DNA of 45,418 bases from Bigelowiella natans CCMP2755 (Eukaryota > Protista > Cercozoa): NCBI GenBank assembly GCA_000320545.1, contig ADNK01000258.1:1-45418 (forward strand), written 5' to 3'. Positions 26,251 to 40,873 of this stretch are shown here, in pieces. The notes under the pieces were generated by a model. That model did not search any database and was not told the DNA's origin. It saw only the letters and a list, made by a program, of their open reading frames with translations. The position numbers and the translations under genes were made by a program. Each line of letters opens with the position of its first letter. The stretch's first letter is position 1.

Positions 26251-28308
26251 TTTAAAAGCGTCTCGTATAACTTGACAGCTTCCTCGGAGTCAACAAAAGG
26301 TGGATGTGTTGTTTCAAACCTAATCATCATCATTTACACATATTCACGCACAAACACGTGACAACAACCCAAAATGCAGAATACGAGCACGGAGCAGGGG
26401 GGGGGAGGGAAAGAGGGACAAAAATGACGAAGATCTCAGATGCGTGCAAAATGAATTTGTCTATACTATAGAATTATAATATGATGACTTACCCCAGTAC
26501 GATAGGTGATAAAGAGCGTGGCCAAAGGACACCTTTATGGAACAACCGAATCATCATCATCATCATCATCATCACCACCACCATATCCTTCCACAACTAC
26601 ACTTACATGACGCAGTTAAGCAAAGAAATAAATACTCTCTGATGATTCGATCGATTGATTCCTCGTCGTCAATTTGATGTTGCGTGCAGCACCTTGACCA
26701 AGCAGCTGGAGAACGAGACGAGGTAGTTGAAGGCCATAACACTCTCTCCGCATTCTCTCATTTGCAAGGGAATTAATCGACTTTAACTTACAGCCGAAGC
26801 TCACAATTGGACACGAGCTAATGGATGACTTCACCTATGATGATGAGGCGACATTGCTTATATCATCATCATCATCATCATCACTGTCATCAAACATGGC
26901 TCTCACAGCAGCTAGCCAACAGTTACCCTTCGGAATGTACTTAAATACTCCTCTATATCTTGCCCTTCCTCTTCGTCGGAGTCCTTCTCAAGAAACGCCT
27001 GAATCAACTTCTCCCCTACATTACACACACATGATCATCAGAGACATGTATTAAAAGAGAGAAGATGTTAAGTCAAACGTCGTTGACCGATTCACGTTGT
27101 ATAATAACTAGAATTATTACCAGATTCCTTTTTCAGAATTGCCTCATGTGCATCTGATAATATGACGTTTCAAACAAATCACCGACCGTCGTGAATGATT
27201 GCTATTTGTTGAGCGTTAGATGAATGTGCAACGACTTTTGAAGAAGAATCTTTTCGGATGTGTTTGTACTGCCTCGAATGTTGGGCAAGGGTGCCGTCCC
27301 TATCAGGGAACATGAAATAAATCAATTATGAGCGAGGAGAGAGAAAAGAGAAGAGAGAGAGAAGTCGTTGGTTCTTCTTCTAAACACAGACATAACATAT
27401 CTTCCTTGCCGCAACCTCTGTCTCTTTCTATTTGTAATTTAAATTCCCAGCACCGTATTATTCACCACACTAATCAATTTTCCTCAAATATTTTCAATCC
27501 GCTCAATAGGAGGGGGCTACTACCATGTAGACAGTGTTCTATATGTCTAGAAGAGAATAGTAACACACACACACACACACACACAATACTACATACCGCT
27601 AATAAGCATAAATCGAGGAACTTGGCATGATCTGAAATGATGGATATGGCCAACAAAATATATTATGCTTAACAGTTGTGAGCAACTACACTTATTATTC
27701 TCAAATTGTACTACTATTCCATTATCACCGAGATTGAGAGATGCGAGAACCTGTTTAGCCTCTACCCACTCTATAGCACCAGTCTAAATATCATCATGCC
27801 CATTGTAAGCAGCAGTCAGGATTGTAGTCGTCGGTCGGTCTAATCCCTCTCCGACATGTAATAGTTGCTCTCTGCATTACTTTCGAATCGATCTTTGTGA
27901 TGAGAAACCGTATCGGATATTGCAGCGCCTCGAGTGGTGCAAACACGCAATCCGCGTACCTTCGAAAAACGATAGTAACGTCATCACCCACACATGGCTT
28001 CTTACTACTGCTATTAGCGTCGATCTATAACATATCGTTGCAACTACCCATTAACTTCCATCCAGAAAAGTTGTGCAAATGAGTTTGACGGTGCTGTGAG
28101 GACGTCTACTTGTGGCCTGTCGCCTCTTCCAGCTGCTGCTGCTGCTGGATTACTCTGAATGCTTTCTCGCACTTTATCAACTTGCGCTTGTGAGAGAAAG
28201 TTATCTGTTGTTGAGCAACAAGACAATATTGTGTCTCATCATAACCAATTCCGTTCCAATTAAATGATGTGTGTTTGTGCTTCACGAGTGTATTCAAAGA
28301 GAGAGAGG

Positions 28309-28354
<46 letters not shown>

Positions 28355-28650
28355 AGATTTATTACGTGATTCAGAGAAGAGAGCCGCGGCGGTCCTATCG
28401 TTTCCTGAATGATCATAATTTTAGCCGTAATTACACAAAACTGAGAGAAGGTAGAGAGATTCTCCGGAAGAGACTCTACTGCTGCTGTTGTCGTCTACCT
28501 TGCCTGAGTGCTCTCCAAGCCTCTTGACGTTTTTTCAACACCTCCTGATTACTACAAATAATGTGCCATTGTTCGTCCAGATGAGTATGACGATATGAAA
28601 GTAGAGCAATAGCAGTAGTAGTAGTAGTAGCAGTAGTAGTGGTAGTTGTA

Positions 28651-28689
<39 letters not shown>

Positions 28690-29121
28690 CCTATACACCC
28701 GTGGTGGGTTCAAGGGGGTTGCGGGAATTCCAGAGAACACAAACGTACACTTGGCCCCAGCCTATGTCAGAGTAATGATATAATATATATATTGAAGGAA
28801 ACATCAGCGAGGAATGTATTTTCTGCTAGAGCACAACCCACCTTTAACAATTGATTGACGGCTCCATCCACCATTCGTTGAGTTCGAAGAGCTGTAGATG
28901 AGACAACAGGCTGCATTGCCTCCTTTCCGATGTCAGTGCAAGTCTTCATCCAATGGTAACCATCTATTGCTATTGTTGCGTTTTGAAGATTACTGGAAAT
29001 TTTCCCTTGATGGAATAGGCCTCTTTCACGAAGGTATCCTGCAAACGATGATAGTCTCAGATCGCGGTTTATTAAAACAACGAGCATTAGTAATACTTTC
29101 AAGGCCCCTGACGAGAGGCAT
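22993..29121 (-). CDS. MKT1: MKT1-like post-transcriptional regulator (XPG/PIN-like fold), many exons
   Basis: Spliced start MPLVRGLER|YLRERGL..IAIDGYHW..KEAMQP, then CTFVFSG, YADCVFAP, FLDLCLLA and C-terminal WRGPVDRELAAFRS. These resemble the Mkt1 N- and C-terminal regions as I recall them. Internal exons only partly traced. Confidence 0.75.
28298..28357. repeat. (GA)n microsatellite in an MKT1 intron
   Basis: Seen directly; also at ~25341-25376. Confidence 0.95.
28609..28689. repeat. (TAG)n/(CTA)n microsatellite in an MKT1 intron
   Basis: Seen directly; the same unit at ~15579-15608, 24546-24582, 31669-31720 and 45182-45235. Confidence 0.95.
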
Positions 29122-29716
29122 AGTCAAGCTCCTAAATCCGTTGTCAATATATTACGGGGAATATCTGTCGGCGTTAGATCAATATAAACAAAGTGTGTTA
29201 GTCTCGTAATCGTCAAAGCGTTCTTCTGCACACGTGTCTTCTCCCTCTCTTCCCCCTCGCTCACTCGCGCTCTCTCTTCGACCCATCCCCTACGTCGTCC
29301 TCTCTCTATTTTCGGCATGCAAGATCGAACAGGAAGACGGCGGAGGTGTGCCACGACCGAGCACCCGGATACGATTATTCTTCGGATATTATTTTGCATT
29401 AATTCACCGATGGGATGGGGTACGGCTTTCTGGTTGTTGTCTGGGTTGTTGTCGAAGGTAGCTGTTGTTAGTGTTGTGAATACAAATAAAAAATTATGAG
29501 ATGTTTATCCAACAAACATCCGATCTGGATGCATAAGCTTATTTGCGCTCTTTTGGGCGTGATCGGTGAGATAAAAACCCACATATTTTACATGCTGCGA
29601 CATCAATATTCTGTCTAATGGAATGTTTTTCAGGTGGGAGGAAGAGACGTGCCACCGTCCACAACACATTCTTAACCATACAAAAGGGTAAAATCATTTC
29701 GTCACACGAGGGTTGT

Positions 29717-29728
29717 CATGTCGCAGCA
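29717..29728 (+). promoter_or_regulatory. Candidate promoter element CATGTCGCAGCA
   Basis: Identical 12-mer at 36355-36366 in another divergent spacer, and an inverted 11-mer at 29593-29603. Confidence 0.4.
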
Positions 29729-29864
29729 TATAATTGACATGTAAATACGTTTTTCGTGTAGCTGGAAGTATGTGTTATATCTGAATTATTCCGGGTTGCG
29801 GTAGAACTACCCTACTGAATCGCCAGCAAAGTCTCGCCCCATCCAACCTACCCTCAGCACAGAC

Positions 29865-33066
<3,202 letters not shown>

Positions 33067-33129
33067 GCTGTAGATCCTAGATGACATAAATAGCAAAAGA
33101 ATAAGTTGCCCATCACAACAGCACTTAAT

Positions 33130-34330
33130 TACGCATATTCACACAAATATATTGAATGTATTGATCGGCGTATGTGCGTGTAGCTGTATAGCATTACAGA
33201 TGCGTGTGATAGGATGCAAAGGCGCATGCACAAATGCATAAACACTTTCTCCGCGTAGTGCTAGTAAGTAGGTCCGTAAATCGCAAAGTATACCGGGGCA
33301 TTTCTATTGCCGGAGCTATATGTACAACGTTGCCTTCTTTTTGCCTTAGCTCAGATAGTCCACTATCGATTGGCCATCGATCGATTGACAAAGCTCGGAT
33401 ATGTTTAGAGATGCAACATCTGTTATAATGTTACACATCTTGTACAAGGCGTTTATGAGACGGATGTAATGAAATATTTAAATTGTTTCAATGGTCATCC
33501 TAATGTTTATGGCAGCATATATAGCAGCGTATCGTCGTTTCTAGATGATTATAACGCAGCACGTACATCGCATACAGGCATCTATGTCGTTGCATGGATG
33601 GACACATTTGCAGACATGCTATAACATGTGCTAGCTAGTGTGGCTCATGCCTGAATCCAGAAATGGTCAATCTAGTGACACATGGGCTCGATCATCTATG
33701 GCGTGCGGCTATAACAATAAATAGCTAGCTGTGCACAGCGCATGTATACTGTCTATAGATGTGACTGTTGTGTCTACAATATAATAGACATAGTGATATT
33801 ACGTGTCTATATTCAATAGGTCAAACACATATACACAACGTGCGCATGTGCAGCTAGTGAGTACTAGACTGTAGTGCTATAGTATAGAGAGCATAGGAGT
33901 TATACACATCCATGTCTATGTTTCTAGGCTTGTCGTGCGCCATGCTAGCATGTAGCCACATCTAGCACATGATGGCACATTCAGTGGCCTGGTAGTGCGT
34001 GTAATTGCGAATGGACATGCAACGCGCGATGGACGTGCGGTATCCATCTAATCTCTGGCGTAGCTGCCAAGCTATATAGCAAGTCGTCAGACGACGACAC
34101 GATGCTCAATACAACTATATGCCCTTATTTAGTCTGCTAGATATGGTTGTGTATAGATGTGCACCTATGCATGCAGGCCATACTGCATATATTTAGTTGA
34201 CATAATGCAGCGTCTAGCTCAATCCGTAGCTAGCGTAGTATACTATAATTATCGCTATCTAAATATCTAAATAGCCTATAGCCTAGTAGCCCCAGCCCTG
34301 CTGCTAATATAGCAGCTAATGTTGTCTATT
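33130..34330. other. RY-alternating tract in the hemB/TMEM209-like convergent spacer
   Basis: About 1.2 kb of catg/tagc/tata/tgca words; imperfect palindrome at 33784-33810. Confidence 0.7.
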
Positions 34331-34569
34331 AGCCTGACGTTGAGGGGCCTATCGCCAAGGCACATGTAGTAGTAAAAGGTACATGCAAACTTGAGTCAAT
34401 ATAGCAATTTTGTGAGAATATAATTTGCATGAATTCGTGCGTACTACTACGCCATTCTGGGCAGTAGAGCATGCTGTTGGGACTTGCCGCATGATTAGCC
34501 ATTTTCAGAGACAACTTTGTTGCGTGAATCACCGCGAGATTTACTCTTCTTTAAGAAGTTGGTTCGTGC

Positions 34570-36156
34570 TCAATAGTATGAATTTGCAGACGATATTACA
34601 TAGGAAAGACCTCGAAGAGAACCGTTTGTTAAATCGGTGGTTACTATCCTAGATCCATGATTTTTCTTTACCATGTAAAGAAACATTACAATGCAACAAA
34701 ACACGTTCTCACGGCCCGGCGTAACGAATTGGAGATCTTTATCTGAGGACGCCTTCGTAATGCAATAATATGGAGGGTTCAAGTAACACTCCCGAATGGC
34801 TGGGAACTTATTTCTAGCTCGTTTTTGTACCCCATTCTTTACGAAACAGTACTGTCGAAACGCAGGGATTGCATCTTCTATCCATGTTAGGAAAGCATGC
34901 ATTACTATCTTTGCATCGGTTGGCATGCCTGGCTTCCAGTCACTGCCTCCTCGTAGCCCTGTGTAGTCGCTTGTTGAGAGGGACCCCCCGAACGATTTCA
35001 GCCTTCGCAGGACGTATGATTTGTGAATTGACGTTCCATCGCATTGCAGATATTTGTCCAGATATTTACGAAGTTTTGCGGCATCTGTATTTGGTTCTGC
35101 TCTGTATACGAGATGGTCTCTAAATTTATCAAGATCATTCAGCATAGTTTTTTGTGAGTTTGTTAGCGTTGAGTAACGGTCACCACTCCGGAATTTGTCT
35201 GCTATTTGTTTGAAATGTCTATCGCTGTTTTCAAATTCTTTTATTCTTGGCTTGAGAATAGTTTCCACCATCCACCGTTTCAATTTCGCAGCCCAAATAC
35301 TAACGTCGTTCTCAGCAATTTTAAGCTTGCGAAGTAAAGCGGAGGCTTTCATTGAAAATTGGTTCATATAATCAGCTGTCAACTTCCTTGGGAGGCTCTT
35401 ATTCGTAAGACTTGAAGTAGATGCAAGAGGAGGCGATACAGAAACACGTAACCGTCCTATTTGGCTAAAGCGTTGATCAAAACTAAATGGAGTTGTGAAG
35501 TCCTCGTCATCCAAGTTTAAGGATGACGTTTGTGCTGCTGTAGGAGGCTGTGGGGGTAAATCTTCCAAAACTTCCAACCTCTCAGGAGATATTGGGGAGA
35601 ACCCACCTAAATTTCCATATTTTCTCGGTGAAGAGTATGGCGTCCTCCACGCGCTTCTCAATTTCGTCTCATAAGATGATCTCTGGTAAGTCCTTTCCTT
35701 GAAGCCAAAGTAGTCATTTGTTCCCGTGCTGTCACTAAGAGAAGCTTGGGCTAGTGCTTCTTCCCTCTCTCTGGCCAATTTTGCAGCTCTCCGATCTGCG
35801 AGGGCGCTGCGAGGGTCCGGAGGGAGACCATAAAGACGTCGTTGTCTTGTCGTTAAATCTTCCTCCCGAATCTTTTCACCTCGACCTTGGCGTCGGTATG
35901 GATTGACTCCATACAAAAAGGTGAACACAGGAAATGTTGCAAGGAAAATCGTGATCGTGACAGGATAGGTGCCCCACAATCGGCTGACCGTCTGCGGCGC
36001 CCAGAAGAAGCTCGCTACGACGATGCATACTAACACAAAAAGCCTTTGAAGGAACCTCGACCAGTTCGGATCTTCATAAGCATCAAAGGGCGTATCGGTG
36101 AGTTTATCCTTCTCCACGAGTACAGGGCGATCTTTGTCTGCCTTTGTGAAGTCCAT
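34570..36156 (-). CDS. TMEM209/PNET1-like nuclear envelope membrane protein, apparently intronless
   Basis: Two N-terminal TM helices and an S/P-rich linker, then WAAKLKRWMVETILKP, YVLRRLK, PTDAKIVMHAFLTW, PPYY and GRENVF..MFLY, which match TMEM209 conserved blocks. First ATG at 36156 (MDFTK). Confidence 0.8.
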   Translation of the reverse strand: MDFTKADKDRPVLVEKDKLTDTPFDAYEDPNWSRFLQRLFVLVCIVVASFFWAPQTVSRLWGTYPVTITIFLATFPVFTFLYGVNPYRRQGRGEKIREEDLTTRQRRLYGLPPDPRSALADRRAAKLAREREEALAQASLSDSTGTNDYFGFKERTYQRSSYETKLRSAWRTPYSSPRKYGNLGGFSPISPERLEVLEDLPPQPPTAAQTSSLNLDDEDFTTPFSFDQRFSQIGRLRVSVSPPLASTSSLTNKSLPRKLTADYMNQFSMKASALLRKLKIAENDVSIWAAKLKRWMVETILKPRIKEFENSDRHFKQIADKFRSGDRYSTLTNSQKTMLNDLDKFRDHLVYRAEPNTDAAKLRKYLDKYLQCDGTSIHKSYVLRRLKSFGGSLSTSDYTGLRGGSDWKPGMPTDAKIVMHAFLTWIEDAIPAFRQYCFVKNGVQKRARNKFPAIRECYLNPPYYCITKASSDKDLQFVTPGRENVFCCIVMFLYMVKKNHGSRIVTTDLTNGSLRGLSYVISSANSYY

Positions 36157-36497
36157 CCAGCGCCGCTTGCGAAGGGCACACACTCCAGCCAGGTGTTGTT
36201 CGTATTATGTGGCGTTAAAAGTTAAAATATGTTGTCGTACTATAAAAATCACCATCAAGTATACCAATTTCTCCTCTATGCTGCAAACCCCGCCCTAGTC
36301 CTGATGTGTTTTTGATATAGAGATGGCCTTTTGTTCCCACATTGAAGTTTTGTCCATGTCGCAGCACGAATTTATCCTGCAGCCAACTGACAACAATAGG
36401 ATAAGCAAAAAAGCAACAAGAAATGGCTTCCCTCCCTTTCTCGAGTGTGAGAGACACCTAATCCCGATACAATCCAGGCCAAACAGACAGGCCTACG

Positions 36498-38965
36498 ATG
36501 GGAAAGAATAATGTCGATCGAAGAATAATTATTTTAGTAGATGATTGGGACAAGTTGTTCCCTTCGGACATGGAAATATGCAGGGCCAAAGTGATTAGTA
36601 AAGAAAAGGAGGACAAACTTCAAGATGTAAGCCAGGAGGTAGTCCGGGGATCGGACGGAACTAGTTTCGGAGGAAAGATGAAGCTGAAACTTAGAGCGCT
36701 ACTTCATTTCCTTTCCTGCATGGTTTTAGCTTGCCGTAGCCGCTCCAGCGTCAGAATCTGCATTGTTATACACGGATGGAAGCTACTGGGTTTGCCTGAT
36801 TGGGTAGACAAGGACGCATTATCCTGCTTTTTACACCGGTAAAATGAAGAGGAAATTAATAATAATTTACTGCAACTTCCACATGCTAATTTAATCTGCT
36901 TCCTCTCCGTAGATCATACAAACTCATGAGAACCGACGTTTCAAGGCTTATTGTGCAAGACAAAACCGAATTCGTCCAAAGAACTAAGAATATACTGAAA
37001 GCAAAGACAATGAAAGGTATCCCTGTGAGAATATTTCTTCCTTTGAGTAAAATAAATTCTGATGAACGAATGAAATTCTTAGGAGTCCAAAGCAACGGCG
37101 GGATAATAGACACGTTCATATTAACCAATCTGGACTTGCCACCTGCAAGTTGCACCGGCCAAAGGTGGCTTATGCTCGAGGAAAATATACTAAAACGATG
37201 TCAACGTTCTAGGTGCCACCTAGTAAGCTCATGGCCTCCCAAAATGACAATACCATCACCAAAATTTGAAGTAGAAAAAAACGATTTCAGCAACTCCTGT
37301 TCCACCTGGGAAAAGCTTTCAATTTGGAAACGAATTGAAACATGGCAACGATTCGCAAATGCCACCAGTATATCTTTGGAACTGAAAGCTTTACAAATAA
37401 GTTCAAACCGAATCCAACTTGAGGACCGAAATTACTCTAGCCAGATTGACTTGCCATACCAGTCTATTTTTGGTTTGAGCGATGCAGATATAAATTATTG
37501 TTTGTCTGCTTGGAGATTTCAGATTACATTTAGTCCAACATGGGCTCCGATTGTCGTAGCAAAAGCCATGTTCTTGCATGAACAGTTACCAGACTCTAAT
37601 GAAAATACGATCCGTTGTTTGAAGCTGAAACCGTATAAACTTATTGAATACGATCGCACCCGTCTCTACCGCTTCTCTAATGAGGCATACGTTGTAACGG
37701 ATGGCTCAGATGATGCATTTGCTGGTGGAACTAAAGAATTTGACAGCCTCAAAATGAAGTTGTCAAATAAGAGACTTATCCTACATGGTAGAAGCCCTGA
37801 GATGAAGTATGATTCAATATATAGCTTGAGTTTTGATTCGCAACGAGATGCTTTTGTGATACAAAAGTTTCATTCTCACGGGGCGAGCCTTTTTAAGCAA
37901 CTTTTCACTGCAATTTCATTCATTTCCTGTGACTCCAAGGGCTCGGTTATAGATTTTGAAGAATCCCAAACACCTTCGAAAGAATTGCTACCCAAACTTG
38001 ATGATTGCAAGTTCTTTGGACCTTCAGAGGGTCCCACGTCAAAGAGACGAAAAGTTCGAACAAGTAACGAGAAGAATACCAACATAGAAATGCCTATGCA
38101 TCTACCGTCACAAGAGTCACTTCGACATCTAGAACACCTATGGATTCTGGCTTCGAAGGAGGAAGAAGAAACGCGGTATGAAATGAGCCGTAAAAACATC
38201 GCCCGTTCTTCAGCGAATACACGAGGCATTATAGATATGAAATTTTTACATGATAAGCGACTTCGAGAACCGAAGCCTGCACACAAATTTATGTCTCCGA
38301 ATTCGATTGTAAAAAAATGTGTCAAGATAAGAAGGGGTAAGAACGGGAAACTTAGAAATCAGAATATTCAGCTAAAGAGAGAACTAATTCTCGATGACCA
38401 ATTTTCTTGCGAAGCTCAAGGAGAAGAGGAGACTCTTCGCCGAACTCGAAGGTCCCATCTCAGTTCACAATGCGGGGGGGAGTTTGGAACAATGATTCTA
38501 GAACACCAAATCTTCCCCACAAAGATAGAAAAGTTTGGTATAAAACGACGATCTTCCTCTTCAAAAAAAGTGTCTTCCTCATCCAGTATATCTAAAAGAA
38601 AGCTTCTTCATAGAGAATCGGTTATCAAGGGAACATCTCGAACTAAAATCGGACAGTTGATAGAGAAACCAGAAGATCACTTGAATTCTGAGAATAAAAT
38701 ATTAGTAGATACGGATGAAATATTGAAGAAAAATATTACGAAGTTAAAGTCTTGTCTGAATTGTGTCTTGCGAGAACATTTACCACGAAAGGACCAACGG
38801 TACGGGGCAGCTTTCAAAAAGATAAAAGATATTCTACAGCTTTTATACGGAACTGAACGACTCAAAGAAACCCGGCTATCAACCAAAGAGATTCATTCAT
38901 TTATGCAGACTCGACTGAGTATAAAGGATGTATTGTGTTCCGTACTTGCGCAATTGAAGTCTTGA
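36498..38965 (+). CDS. Hypothetical protein, about 750-790 aa, 1-2 short introns, basic low-complexity C-terminal half
   Basis: ORF 36498-36842 splices (CACCG|gtaaaa ... ccgtag|ATCATAC) to the 679-aa ORF 36926-38965. No confident domain. Confidence 0.75.
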
Positions 38966-39129
38966 GCAACTGTAGGCGTCGTAGCTTAGGGAGACTGCAA
39001 ACAATTCAGTAGTTCGTTGTAAATACGGCATTTGAACTTAATTAATAAATATTTTTTTATCGTAATTTTAATGCATTAAAATAAAGATCTGCTGGCTCGG
39101 TAGTAGGCAATAGAATGTATTTTTGTTAG

Positions 39130-40156
39130 TTGCGATGCGCTATACTATTATTATTGCCGATTCACTGCAGCCTCGCCCTAGCAATACGTAGAATAGCAGA
39201 TGTGCATGGATGATCCCGACCTTGCAAGTTTAGAAGGTTTAGAAGTAGCGGCCAAAATACCCATATCGATCTAGCGATGTCGTCGGTATCATGCACGCGA
39301 TTCGTCCGCATCATACTAGATTATGCGATAATTAGATAAGACTAGCAGGTAGGGTGATCTAGAGATCAAGGGGCGGCGGAAATGAGGGTTTTGCGGCCAG
39401 CGGGTGTTTTTTTCGCGCGGAGCGCGAAAAGTTTTCGGGTGGTTGCAGCGAAGTTTGCAAGTTTCCGTTGCAGATGGAGCTCAATGGGGGCGGAAGTGAG
39501 GTTTTTGCGGCCAAAAGAGTGTATTTCTCGTGCGGAGCGCGAGAAAATTTGCGGGTGGTTGCAATGAAGTTTGCAAGTTTCCATTGCAGATTTCACTGAG
39601 TTTCAGAAAAGTGCTGTGTTTTGGCTTGGTGAAATGCGGAAATGGCGCAACGCGCTAAGAGAAAGCCATTTCCGCAAGTCAGCTTCGGCCGGCGGCGCTC
39701 GGTAGGGCCGCAGGGCGCCTGCGATTGCTGTGTCCGCAAACCCGCCCCCCTTGAGCTCCAGGGCGCCCGGTGGTGTGCACATTCATCCAGTCATTTCAGG
39801 TGCAACAATCAACGATGTGCTAGTGTGCGCTGACCTGCGCATGACATTGTTGTTGTTTGACGTAGATTTCGTTCAATCGTCGCAGGTCCAGAGCCTCCAA
39901 GTTGCGATGCGACGTGGCCCAGCTAGCCAGCTTCGCTAGCTGCGTGTGCATCTGCGTTTGTTAATGTTCTTGAACAACGTCTGCGTCTGCAGAACATTGA
40001 GCAACATGTGTGCTAGCACATGGCCCTCACTTGTGGCTTCCGCACACAACAATGTGCAGAGCATAGCCTGCAAGATGTAGCGTATTTATTGCGTGTTGCT
40101 ACAAGACATCTAAGATATATTGCTGTGCGATAATGTGTGCTTCTATTAACGCACAC

Positions 40157-40204
<48 letters not shown>

Positions 40205-40250
40205 ATAACTAGCCAAATCTCTTTGATTTGCAACGTACAGCGAATAACAA
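39130..40250. other. RY-alternating tract in the hypothetical/PP2C convergent spacer, interrupted by the MITE-like element
   Basis: catgtgtgctagcacatg palindrome-like segment at ~40005-40022, ending in (CA)n. Confidence 0.6.
39352..39768. mobile_element. MITE-like/non-autonomous element remnant with imperfect terminal inverted repeats and an internal ~116-bp tandem duplication
   Basis: 39352-39373 vs the reverse complement of 39747-39768 match 17/22. 39475-39493 vs the reverse complement of 39742-39760 match 18/19. Direct repeats at ~39366-39475 and ~39481-39591. GC-rich relative to flanks; no TSD or transposase seen. Confidence 0.5.
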
Positions 40251-40873
40251 TTGATGTAATTTCAATACACTAGTACCACACTATGTTAGAGACAGTGAAT
40301 ATGAAAGGACCATTGTTTTAAAATGTAAGAATTGTGGCTATTTAGGTAGCACTTTTACAAGGAATGAGTTGGGACGATAATAGAGCACCAGGAGCAAAAA
40401 TAAATAAAATTTGAATACATCTCATTCACCACTTTAAATGTACACGCTTGCGTGCTGATGTACGCAAGTATTCTGAGCGCAGCATTCTCACACACGCCCA
40501 GTCGTCTAGTTGGAAATGAATACGCAAGAGTGAACTAGGAAAAAAATTAAAAGACTTGCGCACTCGCTATAGTTTTCAAAGAAAAAACGCATTATTCTCG
40601 TCGTCCCATTTGCATTATCGCCATCATCATCACCGTCATGATCGCCATCAATTTTTGGATTTTGTTCTTCATTTTGAGCAGAGTACAACAAAGGTTTTCA
40701 TAGGCGGAGCGACAGTGGTAATCAGATGAAATTACTATGATACGCCTGTCATCTCCTCTTCTCTATTTAACATATAACCTACCCACCCTTTTCAGGATGG
40801 ATACGAACACTATTTCCAAACTTAAATAAAACAAAAGCTAAAGGCTGGGGCTCTTTCATCTTAGTAAATGGTG

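Noticed and set aside
29040-29102. Apparent non-AUG (CTG) start for MKT1
   Set aside because: An upstream exon ATG CCT CTC GTC AGG GGC CTT GAA A|gt splices in frame and gives a normal ATG at 29121.
39366-39591. CRISPR-like or satellite array
   Set aside because: Only two diverged ~116-bp copies, no spacers, eukaryotic context.
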